Below are positions 14,947-24,123 of a stretch of DNA of 32,256 nucleotides, piece by piece. The DNA lies in the NCBI GenBank assembly GCA_015490475.1, contig WFXT01000188.1, forward strand, positions 1 to 32,256, written 5' to 3'. Numbering within the stretch: the stretch's first letter is position 1; each line of letters starts with the position of its first letter. A program made the translations under genes and the position numbers. The notes under the pieces were generated by a model, which was not told where the DNA came from, searched no databases, and saw only the letters and a program-made list of their open reading frames with translations. The stretch is from Bacteroidota bacterium. GTDB lineage: Bacteria; Bacteroidota; Bacteroidia; JAADEI01.

Positions 14947-17211
14947 ATGAACACACGATTTTTATTACTGGCGCTAACATTCAACATTCTTGCTCAGCCT
15001 TCATTTTTCCAGCTATATGAAACCATTCGTGTTTTCAAAGACAACAGGTGGCTTGACAATCCCTTTGGTGGGGGACTAAATGCTCCTATGTTCTTTCAGG
15101 GATTTCTTGACAATGACACACTTCCAGACATTGTAATTTATGACTTAAGTTCCCAAAACTATTTATGGTTTGAATGGACTGACAATGGATGGAAGCAAAA
15201 ATTCAATTATGGAGGGCAATTTCCTCCCACACATCATTTTGCAAGATGGGTTGACCTGAATAAGGACAATCTGCTTGATTTAATAACTACATTCTCATAT
15301 TATGGTGCAGGTGCTTATAAGTTTACTATCTACTACAACACATCTCCTGCCAGTGATACTATATCATTCACACATGGCGACACGATACCAGGACTAACCA
15401 GATATGGCTATGAAACGCCTGGAATAATTGATTTTGACTATGATGGGGACCTTGACATGATAATTTTTAAGCAAACAAGAATTCAGTATTTCAAAAACCT
15501 TGCACAAGAAACATTAGGACGAAACGATACAATCATATGGGTACTTGCAGATAGCACTTTTGGGCTTTTGTCGGAAGATCCTTTCTCTTGCTCCATATTT
15601 CTGTATGATACTGTAAACTCCAATCTGGTTTTGAGACACACAGGAGGATATGTCACTGCTTTTGATATTAACAATGATAGCATACCTGAAATTTTTCATG
15701 GCGATGTGGCGTGTCATACACTTAACATGTTCTCTGGCAAGTGGGATACAAGTGGAAGTACAGAAAAATTCATAATAACAGACTCCATTATCGGCTATCC
15801 AATCCCTCAAAGATGTAAGATGAGACTAACTCCCGGCGCTTACTTCATTGACTATGACCGCTCCGGCAGGAAACAAATGATAGTGGCACCGGCAACTGCT
15901 TCACCAGCAGCAATAGACATTAAAAATGTGTTTTACTTCATTGATACCTCATCGTCAGATAGTGCTAAGTTCATTCTTTTAGACAGTGCTCTATTCGTCG
16001 GTGAAATGATTGACATTGGGGAAGGCGCTCGTCCAACAATGGAAGACGTCACTGGAGATGGTGTTCCAGATATCCTTATTGCTACATATAATCGGAATTC
16101 TCCTGTTTCCAATGAGAACTTCACCTCCATCGCACTATACAGGACAATGCCTACTGTTCCGCCAACCTTAATGCACATTTCTGACAATTGGGATTCCACA
16201 GGAGCCAAACTGTTATTCCAGATGAAACGTATTGCCATAGCATTTCACGACTTTGATAGTGATGGCGACCAAGACATGCTAATAGGTAATGCCTCAAATA
16301 TTCTTTACTATGGGGAAAATGTAGCACAACCAGGAAAGCCAGCCACCTTCGTTATTAACCTATCCAGTCCATACATGCAGCTTGATAATGTAAACACCTT
16401 AACGCCGTTTTTCTTTGATATAGATGGTGACAGAGACGAAGACCTGCTTATTGGGACTAACATAGGAAATATCATAGCATTTGAAAACAGAAACGGTGGA
16501 TTTTTCTTGAAAACAGGCTCTTTTCACAATATTAATGTAAGGCTTCCGACACTCTTTGAAGGTTTTTCTGTACCAGCAGCAGCATGTCTTGATACAACTG
16601 GACTACCCTATTTATTCGTCGGCTCATATCACGGAACAGTGTACGTTTACAGAAGTATAGACTCATTCCTTGACGACGATAAAACAATCATTGACATTGA
16701 ACTTGTTGATTCCTTTAATCCGGGGCTTGGTCTTCATGTCTATCCAACATTCGGCGACATAGACACCAACGGTGTCCCAGACCTTATCATTGGTGGATAT
16801 GGTGGAGGAATACGCATATATAGGAACACTACACCCCCAGAAAAATACAAGCAATGTCCTTTGCGAACAACTGACGGTTCTCAGACAGACACCACAGAAG
16901 AAGGTAACAACTCAAACCCTAACAATCAAGATTCTCTGGGCACTTCTCAAAACCCAAAATCAACAGTAAAGATAATCTCCGCTAGTCCAGCAACAATTAC
17001 AATCCAAATCTCATCTCCCATTATCCCAACAACAGCAAATATAATACTGACACAGGCAGATGGGAAAATTATCTTACAGCAACAATTTTACATAAACAAT
17101 CCAATAGAAACATTCTCAATTCCCTTAGGACTGGCTTCGGGAACATATAACCTATGGTGGCAAATTGGCAACGTCAAAAAGAATTATGCTATTATTGTGT
17201 TCCCTCGCTAA
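14947..17211 (+). CDS. Secreted FG-GAP/VCBS-repeat protein with a T9SS C-terminal sorting domain
   Basis: Signal peptide: MNTRFLLLALTFNILAQ. Repeated Ca-binding FG-GAP-type loops: DFDYDGDLDMII, DVTGDGVPDILIA, DFDSDGDQDMLIG, DIDGDRDEDLLIG, DIDTNGVPDLIIGG. A T/S/N/Q-rich linker follows. The last ~80 aa (ITIQIS...NIILTQADGKII...ASGTYNLWWQIGN...KNYAIIV) fit the type A T9SS CTD pattern. Confidence 0.75.
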   Translation: MNTRFLLLALTFNILAQPSFFQLYETIRVFKDNRWLDNPFGGGLNAPMFFQGFLDNDTLPDIVIYDLSSQNYLWFEWTDNGWKQKFNYGGQFPPTHHFARWVDLNKDNLLDLITTFSYYGAGAYKFTIYYNTSPASDTISFTHGDTIPGLTRYGYETPGIIDFDYDGDLDMIIFKQTRIQYFKNLAQETLGRNDTIIWVLADSTFGLLSEDPFSCSIFLYDTVNSNLVLRHTGGYVTAFDINNDSIPEIFHGDVACHTLNMFSGKWDTSGSTEKFIITDSIIGYPIPQRCKMRLTPGAYFIDYDRSGRKQMIVAPATASPAAIDIKNVFYFIDTSSSDSAKFILLDSALFVGEMIDIGEGARPTMEDVTGDGVPDILIATYNRNSPVSNENFTSIALYRTMPTVPPTLMHISDNWDSTGAKLLFQMKRIAIAFHDFDSDGDQDMLIGNASNILYYGENVAQPGKPATFVINLSSPYMQLDNVNTLTPFFFDIDGDRDEDLLIGTNIGNIIAFENRNGGFFLKTGSFHNINVRLPTLFEGFSVPAAACLDTTGLPYLFVGSYHGTVYVYRSIDSFLDDDKTIIDIELVDSFNPGLGLHVYPTFGDIDTNGVPDLIIGGYGGGIRIYRNTTPPEKYKQCPLRTTDGSQTDTTEEGNNSNPNNQDSLGTSQNPKSTVKIISASPATITIQISSPIIPTTANIILTQADGKIILQQQFYINNPIETFSIPLGLASGTYNLWWQIGNVKKNYAIIVFPR

Positions 17212-17923
17212 TCTCCTCTACTCTTTTTATGGTTCCATACCCAATGGCAGCCCCTTTGCCAAGACTAATATAATCGGGTAAAAATACATTGGCAGTAAAA
17301 ACAACATTAAAGGAAAGCGTCGGCTCCCCTTTAAAACTTACTTCCCGCACATTTTCAACTTCCTCTATGTTAACATTCAACTGTTTGTCCACAAACCAAT
17401 TTAAGCCCTTTGCAAAAGACAGTATATTACCTGTCAATATTCGTTCCAATAAAATTTTACGTTGCTCATCATTACTTTCATTATATTTCACATGATTGTC
17501 ATTGTTTAATGCGAGCCAGCACCTGAGTGTATATCGCCACCGCCTATCTTCCCAAACATTCAATAAATGATGTTTTAAATACACTTCTTCAACTTTCACG
17601 TCCATACTATTGTTGCCCACCTCAATACTAAAAGGCAACTGCGTAAGCAAAAACAACAGAAGGTCTATTCCGTCCTCAAGTGCAATAATAGTTGGTCTAT
17701 TTTTTACACATTTGTACTGCAATATAGGATAATTTCTTTTCAGGCGATGGGCATTATCTTTCCAAAACCTGACGTATCCCTCATGTTCTTCAATTCTACG
17801 TTTCAATTGCATTCTGAACTGTGGTATGTCACACGCGTTTAATGAACCTGACAGGTACAGACGCGCATACCTGATGTGCTTCATGGAAGTCTCATTTGTT
17901 GTTATTGTTTGTTTCTCATTCAT
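17192..17923 (-). CDS. Stand-alone Cas6-like RAMP protein (Cas6b_N/Cas6b_C-like), no associated CRISPR array in the window
   Basis: 243 aa, the size of a two-ferredoxin-fold Cas6. It has a C-terminal glycine-rich loop, LGKGAAIGYG. The N-terminal block is DIPQFR...NYPILQYK. Central blocks WLALNNDNHVKY and LERILTGNILSFAKG match what I recall of the Cas6b-like family, which is often annotated as 'DNA repair protein'. An alternative start is Met14 (17884). Assignment is by motif recognition only. Confidence 0.55.
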   Translation of the reverse strand: MNEKQTITTNETSMKHIRYARLYLSGSLNACDIPQFRMQLKRRIEEHEGYVRFWKDNAHRLKRNYPILQYKCVKNRPTIIALEDGIDLLLFLLTQLPFSIEVGNNSMDVKVEEVYLKHHLLNVWEDRRWRYTLRCWLALNNDNHVKYNESNDEQRKILLERILTGNILSFAKGLNWFVDKQLNVNIEEVENVREVSFKGEPTLSFNVVFTANVFLPDYISLGKGAAIGYGTIKRVEEISEGTQ

Positions 17924-17978
17924 TTAACTACTGCTTAAAGCCTTATTCTTTGCTTACCCTTTTCTTACGCACCTTTTA

Positions 17979-17986
17979 CAAAAATA
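17979..17986 (-). promoter_or_regulatory. Candidate -7 box (TAnnTTTG) for the Cas6-like gene
   Basis: The plus strand reads CAAAAATA, which is TATTTTTG on the minus strand. It is separated by 55 nt from the ATG at 17923. Immediately upstream on the minus strand is a small AT-rich hairpin, AAACAT-GAAA-ATGTTT (17987-18002). Confidence 0.4.
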
Positions 17987-18179
17987 AAACATTTTCATGT
18001 TTAATGTCTTTGAAATTATCACTTAAATTTCAGTAGTGTTTTGCGAAAAATTAATCATCATCTCTCATGAAGATTATACGACTGACCTATGTGCAAGGTT
18101 TCCATGTACAGTTTCTATATACCAAGTAAGACAAGAAGGACTCTCATTAGACTCTTTACTTTGGAACATGATATAGCAC

Positions 18180-19064
18180 TTATCTTTTTATTGGCTTTGT
18201 GTATCCGTTATTCCTTTTACGCGCAGGTCTTATAACCCTATATCTTAGCAATAATTTTTTCATCTCTTGAAGCGCTTTTCTATGCAGTTGCCTGACTCTC
18301 TCCGGAGAAAGGTTCAGTTCTGCAGCTATTTCTCTAATACTCCACTGCCCCCCTCCATTCAACCCATATAAATGCTTTACAATAAATGCTTCCCTGGGCT
18401 CTAAATTCTCAATTACTTTAAGAATCGCTTCCCTCAATGACCTTCTTGAGACCTCACTCTCCACGTCCACATCACTTTTGAGCATGTTTTCCAGGGTGAA
18501 GCCCTCGTCTTCAGACTGCGCTTCATTTATAGAAATCACACTTCGTGATAGTGCTGAATTGACTATTTCCGGTGAAATGCCCAACTCATTAGCAATATCT
18601 TCGGTACTTACTGGTCTTCCATATTCCTGCTCCAGTTGCTGGGCGGTCTCCAGAATTCTTGTAGCACTGGTTCCACGTTGCAAATTCATTTGATTGTGTT
18701 GCGCAATGAGATTTAATATAGCTTGTCTGATCCACCATACTGCATAAGAAATAAACTTAAATCCCCTTGTTTCATCAAAATTTTCAATAGCCTTTATCAA
18801 TCCCAGATTCCCTTCGCTAATTAAATCATCAAGGGGAACACCACTTGACATATACTGTTTGGCAACAGAAACAACAAATCGTAAATTAGCTCTAATCAGA
18901 CGGTCACGGGCTTCCTTATCACCGGCTTTAGCCGCCCTAATGAGGCGTAACTCCTCTTCTGGTGTAAGGACTTCTTCCCGAGACAGTTCTTTTAAATAAA
19001 GATTCAGGGCGATACTGTCACGGGGCGTAATCCTTTTCGTAATTTTTAATTGCCTGAGAGACAT
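18180..19064 (-). CDS. rpoD: Primary RNA polymerase sigma factor (Bacteroidota-type short RpoD/SigA)
   Basis: The MSLRQLKITKRIT opening, ANLRFVVSVAKQY, LISEGNLGLIKAIENFDETRGFKFISYAVWWIRQAI (region 2) and SIREIAAELNLSPERVRQLHRKAL (region 4.2) are all present. The ~290-aa length without region 1.1 is typical of Bacteroidota. Confidence 0.92.
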   Translation of the reverse strand: MSLRQLKITKRITPRDSIALNLYLKELSREEVLTPEEELRLIRAAKAGDKEARDRLIRANLRFVVSVAKQYMSSGVPLDDLISEGNLGLIKAIENFDETRGFKFISYAVWWIRQAILNLIAQHNQMNLQRGTSATRILETAQQLEQEYGRPVSTEDIANELGISPEIVNSALSRSVISINEAQSEDEGFTLENMLKSDVDVESEVSRRSLREAILKVIENLEPREAFIVKHLYGLNGGGQWSIREIAAELNLSPERVRQLHRKALQEMKKLLLRYRVIRPARKRNNGYTKPIKR

Positions 19065-19216
19065 GTCTCTCTTATTTTATGGTTATTCCCTGTTTTTCAG
19101 GTTGTTTACACGAAATTTCTTAATCTTGTCCATAATAGATAGATGAATTTTAATGTCAAAAGGTTGCATGAAAATGTCCTTAAGCTGCTTTTTAAAGTTC
19201 TACTAAGGGAATTGCC

Positions 19217-19224
19217 TAATTTTG
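19217..19224 (+). promoter_or_regulatory. Candidate -7 box (TAnnTTTG) for fabD-glmM
   Basis: Exact TAATTTTG, separated by 6 nt from the ATG at 19231 and by 15 nt from the ATG at 19240. This implies a very short leader or none. Confidence 0.4.
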
Positions 19225-19239
19225 CCTAAAATGACCGTT

Positions 19240-20103
19240 ATGTCTGTTGCATTTGTTTTTCCTGGGCAAGGCTCTCAATTTGTAGGAATGGGCAAGGACC
19301 TATACGAATCAGAACCCAAAGCACGAGAATTAATGGACAGAGCGAAAGATGTGCTTGGATACGACATATTGGAAATTATGTTTGAAGGGGACGAAGAAAC
19401 ATTGAAACAAACGAGACACACACAACCCGCCATATTTATTCACTCGCTCGCTGAATTGCAACGCATGGACACAGAACCTGTAGCAGTGGCTGGACACTCA
19501 TTAGGTGAATTCTCTGCCCTTGTTGCAGCAGGAGTCCTTCCCTTTGAAGAGGGACTAAGACTTGTCCAGATAAGGGCTGAAGCAATGGACGAAGCATGTG
19601 GACTAGCACCAACAACCATGGCTGCAATAATAGGGCTTGAAGATGACATAGTAGAAGAAATTTGTGATTTAGTGAGCAAAGAAGTGGGCGAAATAGTGGT
19701 TCCCGCCAATTATAATGCTCCTGGACAACTGGTTATTTCAGGACATGTTAAAGCAGTTGAAAAAGCTGTTGAGATGGCAAAAGAGAAGGGGGCACGTAAA
19801 GCAGTGCTTCTGGCTGTCAGCGGAGCATTTCACTCTCCATTTATGGAGCCTGCTCGTCAAAAACTGGCTTCCGCAATTGAACAACTTGCTTTCAATAAAC
19901 CCAAAGTTCCAGTATATCAAAATGTTACAGCAGCACCAGAAACAGACCCAGGAAAAATAAAGGAAAACTTAATAATCCAACTAACAAGTCCTGTCAAATG
20001 GAAACAGACCATTTTGAACATGAAAGCCAATGGTATTGAAGAGTTCAGAGAAGTGGGTCCAGGCAAAGTATTAACAGGTCTAATTAGGAGAATTCTGAGG
20101 TAA
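19240..20103 (+). CDS. fabD: Malonyl CoA-acyl carrier protein transacylase
   Basis: Blocks FVFPGQGSQ, GHSLGEFSALVAAG and SGAFHSPFM. I place the start at the third Met (MSVAFVFPGQGSQ), because FabD normally starts a few residues before FPGQGSQ. Also, a TAATTTTG -7 box (19217-19224) overlaps the listed TTG start at 19222. The ATG at 19231 is an alternative. Confidence 0.92.
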   Translation: MSVAFVFPGQGSQFVGMGKDLYESEPKARELMDRAKDVLGYDILEIMFEGDEETLKQTRHTQPAIFIHSLAELQRMDTEPVAVAGHSLGEFSALVAAGVLPFEEGLRLVQIRAEAMDEACGLAPTTMAAIIGLEDDIVEEICDLVSKEVGEIVVPANYNAPGQLVISGHVKAVEKAVEMAKEKGARKAVLLAVSGAFHSPFMEPARQKLASAIEQLAFNKPKVPVYQNVTAAPETDPGKIKENLIIQLTSPVKWKQTILNMKANGIEEFREVGPGKVLTGLIRRILR

Positions 20104-21464
20104 TGTTGAAAGTTTCAGTTTCTGGCGTTAGGGGAATTTTTGGCAACGATTTGACTCCCGACGTTGTAGCACAGTGGACAAAGGCTTACGGTATATGGCT
20201 TAAGAAGACACATCCGAACAGAGAAGGATTAGTGATAGTGATTGGCTCAGATACAAGACCTTCAAGGTTCCCTATTAAACATATGATTGTGTCCATAATG
20301 CAATGGATGGGAATCACAGTCTATGATGCGGGATTAATTCCCACTCCCACTGCGGGAGTTGCTATAAAACACTTAAAAGCAGATGGTGGCATAATGATTA
20401 CTGCAAGCCACAATCCAGAAGAATGGAACGCCCTAAAATTCTTCAATAGTACCGGTGAATTCCTGGATAAAGATGCCATTGAAGAACTTAAAATCCTTTT
20501 AAACGAAAAACCTGAATACGTCACATGGGGAAGTATTGGTCAATATGTGAGATATACAGAAGCATTGGATGTCCATATAAAAACGATAATTTCCCATCCT
20601 CTTGTAAAACTTTCACAAATAGAAAAACAACAGTTTCGTATAGCTGTTGACCCTGTTAATTCAGTTGGCTCAATAGCTGTCCCTAAGCTATTAAGAGCAT
20701 TAGGTGTTCCTGTTGTTGAACTGATTAATGACCATCCCCCTGGATTGTTTGCTCACAAACCAGAACCACTGGAAGAGAACCTTAGCGACTTGCTGAAAGC
20801 AGTTAGAAGACACAGAGCGGACATGGGTATTGCTGTTGACCCCGATGCCGACAGACTGGCTCTTGTAACAGAATCTGGAACATATTTCGGGGAAGAATAC
20901 ACGCTTGTTGCAGCGGCAGATTATGTGCTAAAGCACAAGAAAGGTCCCGTGGTATCAAATGTAGCATCATCAATGGCACTTAAAAAGATTGCTGACAAAT
21001 ATGGAGTTCCTTATTACAGTGCACCAGTGGGTGAAATAAACGTCGTGAAAAAGATGAAAGAAGTTGGTGCAGTGATAGGTGGAGAAGGTAATGGAGGAGT
21101 TATATTTCCAGAGATTCATGCAGGACGTGATTCCCTTACTGGCATAGCATTCATCCTATCTGGCTTATCAGAAAGGGAAATAACACTCAGCGAATGGAAA
21201 CAGGAACTTCCGCAATTTGAAATGGTAAAGGAAAACATCAAACTTGATAAGCCAATTGATGTTGAAAGATTGGTTAATCAGCTCATTGAATTGCTAAAAC
21301 CAGAACAAGTGGACAGGACAGATGGAATTAAATTGCTCTGGGAAGACAAATGGATTTTGATAAGAGAATCAAATACAGAGCCTGTGCTAAGAATTTATGC
21401 CGAAGCACCAGACAAGGAAAGTGCCTATCTGCTTGTGAACAAAGTGCAACAACTCATAGCATAA
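20103..21464 (+). CDS. glmM: Phosphoglucosamine mutase / phosphohexomutase family enzyme
   Basis: Alpha-D-phosphohexomutase motifs: the phosphoserine loop TASHNPEEWNALKF, the metal loop GIAVDPDADRL, the sugar loop GGEGNGG and the phosphate-binding RESNTEP. The ATG overlaps the fabD stop (TAATG). GlmM versus phosphomannomutase specificity cannot be decided by eye. Confidence 0.75.
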   Translation: MLKVSVSGVRGIFGNDLTPDVVAQWTKAYGIWLKKTHPNREGLVIVIGSDTRPSRFPIKHMIVSIMQWMGITVYDAGLIPTPTAGVAIKHLKADGGIMITASHNPEEWNALKFFNSTGEFLDKDAIEELKILLNEKPEYVTWGSIGQYVRYTEALDVHIKTIISHPLVKLSQIEKQQFRIAVDPVNSVGSIAVPKLLRALGVPVVELINDHPPGLFAHKPEPLEENLSDLLKAVRRHRADMGIAVDPDADRLALVTESGTYFGEEYTLVAAADYVLKHKKGPVVSNVASSMALKKIADKYGVPYYSAPVGEINVVKKMKEVGAVIGGEGNGGVIFPEIHAGRDSLTGIAFILSGLSEREITLSEWKQELPQFEMVKENIKLDKPIDVERLVNQLIELLKPEQVDRTDGIKLLWEDKWILIRESNTEPVLRIYAEAPDKESAYLLVNKVQQLIA

Positions 21465-21491
21465 AAGCAATTTTCCCAAAATCATGCTCCT

Positions 21492-24116
21492 ATGAAAGAA
21501 AAAGAATTCTGGTCCGCATCAAAAATAAGAGAAACTTTCCTTGAGTTTTTCAAGAGCAAGGACCATTTAATTGTACCTTCAGACCCCATTGTAAGGCATG
21601 GCGATCCAACCCTTATGTTTACTAATGCAGGAATGAATCAATTTAAAGATGTCTTTCTGGGATATAAGGAGCCGCCTGCCCCTCGTGTTGCCAATACGCA
21701 GCGTTGTTTGAGGGTTTCAGGAAAACATAATGACCTTGAACAGGTCGGTTATGACGGCTATCATCACACAATGTTTGAAATGCTTGGAAACTGGTCATTT
21801 GGCGACTATTTCAAACGAGAAGCCATATACTGGGCATGGGAATTGCTAACAAAGGTCTATAAAATTCCAGAGGACAGACTATACGCAACTTACTTCGGTG
21901 GAGAAGGGGACATCAAGGATGATATGGAAACAAGGGAAATATGGAAAGAAATACTTCCCGAAGATAGGATTTTACCTTTTGGCATGAAAGACAATTTCTG
22001 GGAAATGGGTGACACAGGACCGTGTGGTCCCTGCACTGAAATACATATTGACTTGCGCCCTGAAGAAGAAAGAAAACAGGTGAAAGCTCAAGAGCTTATC
22101 AACAAAGACCATCCTTTTGTTATTGAACTCTGGAACTTGGTTTTCATACAATTCAATAGGAAGGAAGACGGCTCGCTGCAACCCCTCAAAACACACTATG
22201 TTGACACTGGAATGGGTCTGGAACGGCTGGCAATGGCTCTTCAAGGCGTGGATGAAACATACAAAACAGACCTGTTCACGCCACTTATACAGTTTGTTGA
22301 AGAATTTGCCGGTGTTTCCTATGGTGAAGACGAGAAAACAACAGTGGCAATAAGAGTTGTCGTTGACCACATCAGGGCTGTTGCTTTTGCCATTGCTGAC
22401 GGAGCATTACCTTCAAGCACTGGACCGGGATATGTAGTTAGAAGACTGCTCAGACGCGCAGTACGCTACTATTATCAATATCTTAACATCAAGGAACCGT
22501 TTTTGTATCGCTTGCTTCCCATTCTGGTCAAGCAGTTTGAAAATGTTTTTCCAGAGATAAAGAAGCAGGAACATTTCGTTGCAATGGTTATCAAAGAGGA
22601 AGAAGCCCAATTCTTGAGAACTCTTGCTCTTGGCTTAAAACGTTTTCAGGAAGTCGCTGAGTTAAGCAAGAAAACAGGTATTATTGAAGGCAAACATGTG
22701 TTTGAATTATACGACACTTATGGCTTTCCACCCGACTTGACTAACTTGCTTGCCAAAGAACACAACCTTAAAATTGATATTGAAGGCTTCCATAAACATA
22801 TGGAAGAGCAAAGGGAGCGGGCTCGCAAAGCACAACAACAAAAAATTAGCGAATGGAATATACTCCGAGAGGGAGAACCGAAATTTGTGGGTTATGACTC
22901 TCTGGAGACAACAACGCACATTTTAAGGTGGCGTGAAGTTCAAGATAAAAAGGGGAAAAAGTACCATATTGTTCTGGAAGAAAATCCATTTTACGCAGAA
23001 GGGGGAGGTCAAGTTGGTGATAAAGGGATTCTTAAGACCTCAAAAGGAGACATTAAAGTCATTGACACACAGAAGGAAATGAATTTAACATATGTAATCA
23101 CTGAAGAACTTCCACCTTTTGACGAACCTGTAATTGCTATTGTAGATAAGGAAAAACGAAAAAGAGCAGAACAACATCATAGTGCTACGCACCTGCTCCA
23201 TGCCGCCTTAAGAAAACTTCTTGGCACGCACGTTCAACAAAAGGGTTCCTACTTAGACGACCAATACCTCAGATTTGACTTTTCACATCCTAAGCCACTT
23301 TCTAAGGAAGAACTAACTGCCATTGAGAAACTGGTTAACCAGAAAATTCAAGAGAATATTCCACTAAAAGAATATAGAAACATACCTATTTCTGAGGCAC
23401 TGGCAATGGGGGCACTGGCATTTTTCGGTGAAAAATATGGAGACCGTGTGAGAGTAGTAGTCTTTGACCCTGAGTTCAGTATTGAGCTGTGTGGTGGAAC
23501 GCACGTAAAATCAACAGGGGAAATAGGGGTGTTTAAGATAATTTCAGAAAGCGGTGTTTCTGCTGGAATAAGACGTATAGAAGCCAAAGCAGGTATGTCC
23601 GCAGTGGAATTAATTCAACAACAAGATGAACTTATTGCCCAGTTAAGAAAAACTCTTAAAAGTTCTGACATACTCAAAGCAGTTGAAAATTTACAGAATC
23701 AGTTGAAAACGCTTAAGAAAGAAAAGGACAGACTGGCTGATGAAATTTTAAAAGTTTACATTGAAGACATAAAGAAGGAAATGCTTGACATTAATGGCAT
23801 TAGGATATTCAAAGGCGTAATACCCTTGCCACCAGATCAAGTTAAAAAAGCGGTTTTTCAATTAAGAAAAACGCCAGATTCTATTATTATTCTCGGCTCA
23901 ACAGGAGGTTCCAAAGGTGCTTTGTTTATTGCCGTGGATTCAAAGCTAACACCACAGATCAGTGCAGTGGAATTAATCAAAGAGTTTGGTAGCAAAATCG
24001 GTGTATCAGGAGGCGGAAAGCCGCATTTTGCTCAGGCAGGTGGTGCAGAACCAAGCAAAATAAAGGAAGCAATAGAACAAATAGCCCAACATATTGTCAA
24101 TACCATAAAAGCATAA
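21492..24116 (+). CDS. alaS: Alanine--tRNA ligase
   Basis: 874 aa. Blocks: SKIRETFLEFFKSKDHLIVPS, FTNAGMNQFK, HHTMFEMLGNWSFGDYFK, editing-domain HSATHLLH and CGGTH, and a C-terminal DHHA1-like GGGKPHFAQAGG. Confidence 0.97.
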   Translation: MKEKEFWSASKIRETFLEFFKSKDHLIVPSDPIVRHGDPTLMFTNAGMNQFKDVFLGYKEPPAPRVANTQRCLRVSGKHNDLEQVGYDGYHHTMFEMLGNWSFGDYFKREAIYWAWELLTKVYKIPEDRLYATYFGGEGDIKDDMETREIWKEILPEDRILPFGMKDNFWEMGDTGPCGPCTEIHIDLRPEEERKQVKAQELINKDHPFVIELWNLVFIQFNRKEDGSLQPLKTHYVDTGMGLERLAMALQGVDETYKTDLFTPLIQFVEEFAGVSYGEDEKTTVAIRVVVDHIRAVAFAIADGALPSSTGPGYVVRRLLRRAVRYYYQYLNIKEPFLYRLLPILVKQFENVFPEIKKQEHFVAMVIKEEEAQFLRTLALGLKRFQEVAELSKKTGIIEGKHVFELYDTYGFPPDLTNLLAKEHNLKIDIEGFHKHMEEQRERARKAQQQKISEWNILREGEPKFVGYDSLETTTHILRWREVQDKKGKKYHIVLEENPFYAEGGGQVGDKGILKTSKGDIKVIDTQKEMNLTYVITEELPPFDEPVIAIVDKEKRKRAEQHHSATHLLHAALRKLLGTHVQQKGSYLDDQYLRFDFSHPKPLSKEELTAIEKLVNQKIQENIPLKEYRNIPISEALAMGALAFFGEKYGDRVRVVVFDPEFSIELCGGTHVKSTGEIGVFKIISESGVSAGIRRIEAKAGMSAVELIQQQDELIAQLRKTLKSSDILKAVENLQNQLKTLKKEKDRLADEILKVYIEDIKKEMLDINGIRIFKGVIPLPPDQVKKAVFQLRKTPDSIIILGSTGGSKGALFIAVDSKLTPQISAVELIKEFGSKIGVSGGGKPHFAQAGGAEPSKIKEAIEQIAQHIVNTIKA

Positions 24117-24123
24117 CACAGGC

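Noticed and set aside
18067-18129. A 20-codon plus-strand ORF (MKIIRLTYVQGFHVQFLYTK) in the rpoD / Cas6-like spacer.
   Set aside because: It has no promoter box or other support and is on the strand opposite both neighbours. It is too short to evaluate by eye.
17924-18179. I searched the 256-nt tract next to the Cas6-like gene for a CRISPR array, tRNA or obvious structured RNA.
   Set aside because: There are no repeats of 20-40 nt at regular spacing. I saw only a direct 6-mer (GACTCT twice) and a 6-bp AT-rich hairpin. Nothing supports an array, and there is no tRNA-like T-loop.
17989-19177. An 11-nt inverted match (ACATTTTCATG at 17989-17999, CATGAAAATGT at 19167-19177) on either side of rpoD.
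   Set aside because: It is a single short AT-rich match between two ~200-nt spacers, and the chance expectation is not negligible. The match does not extend further, and rpoD is a core gene.
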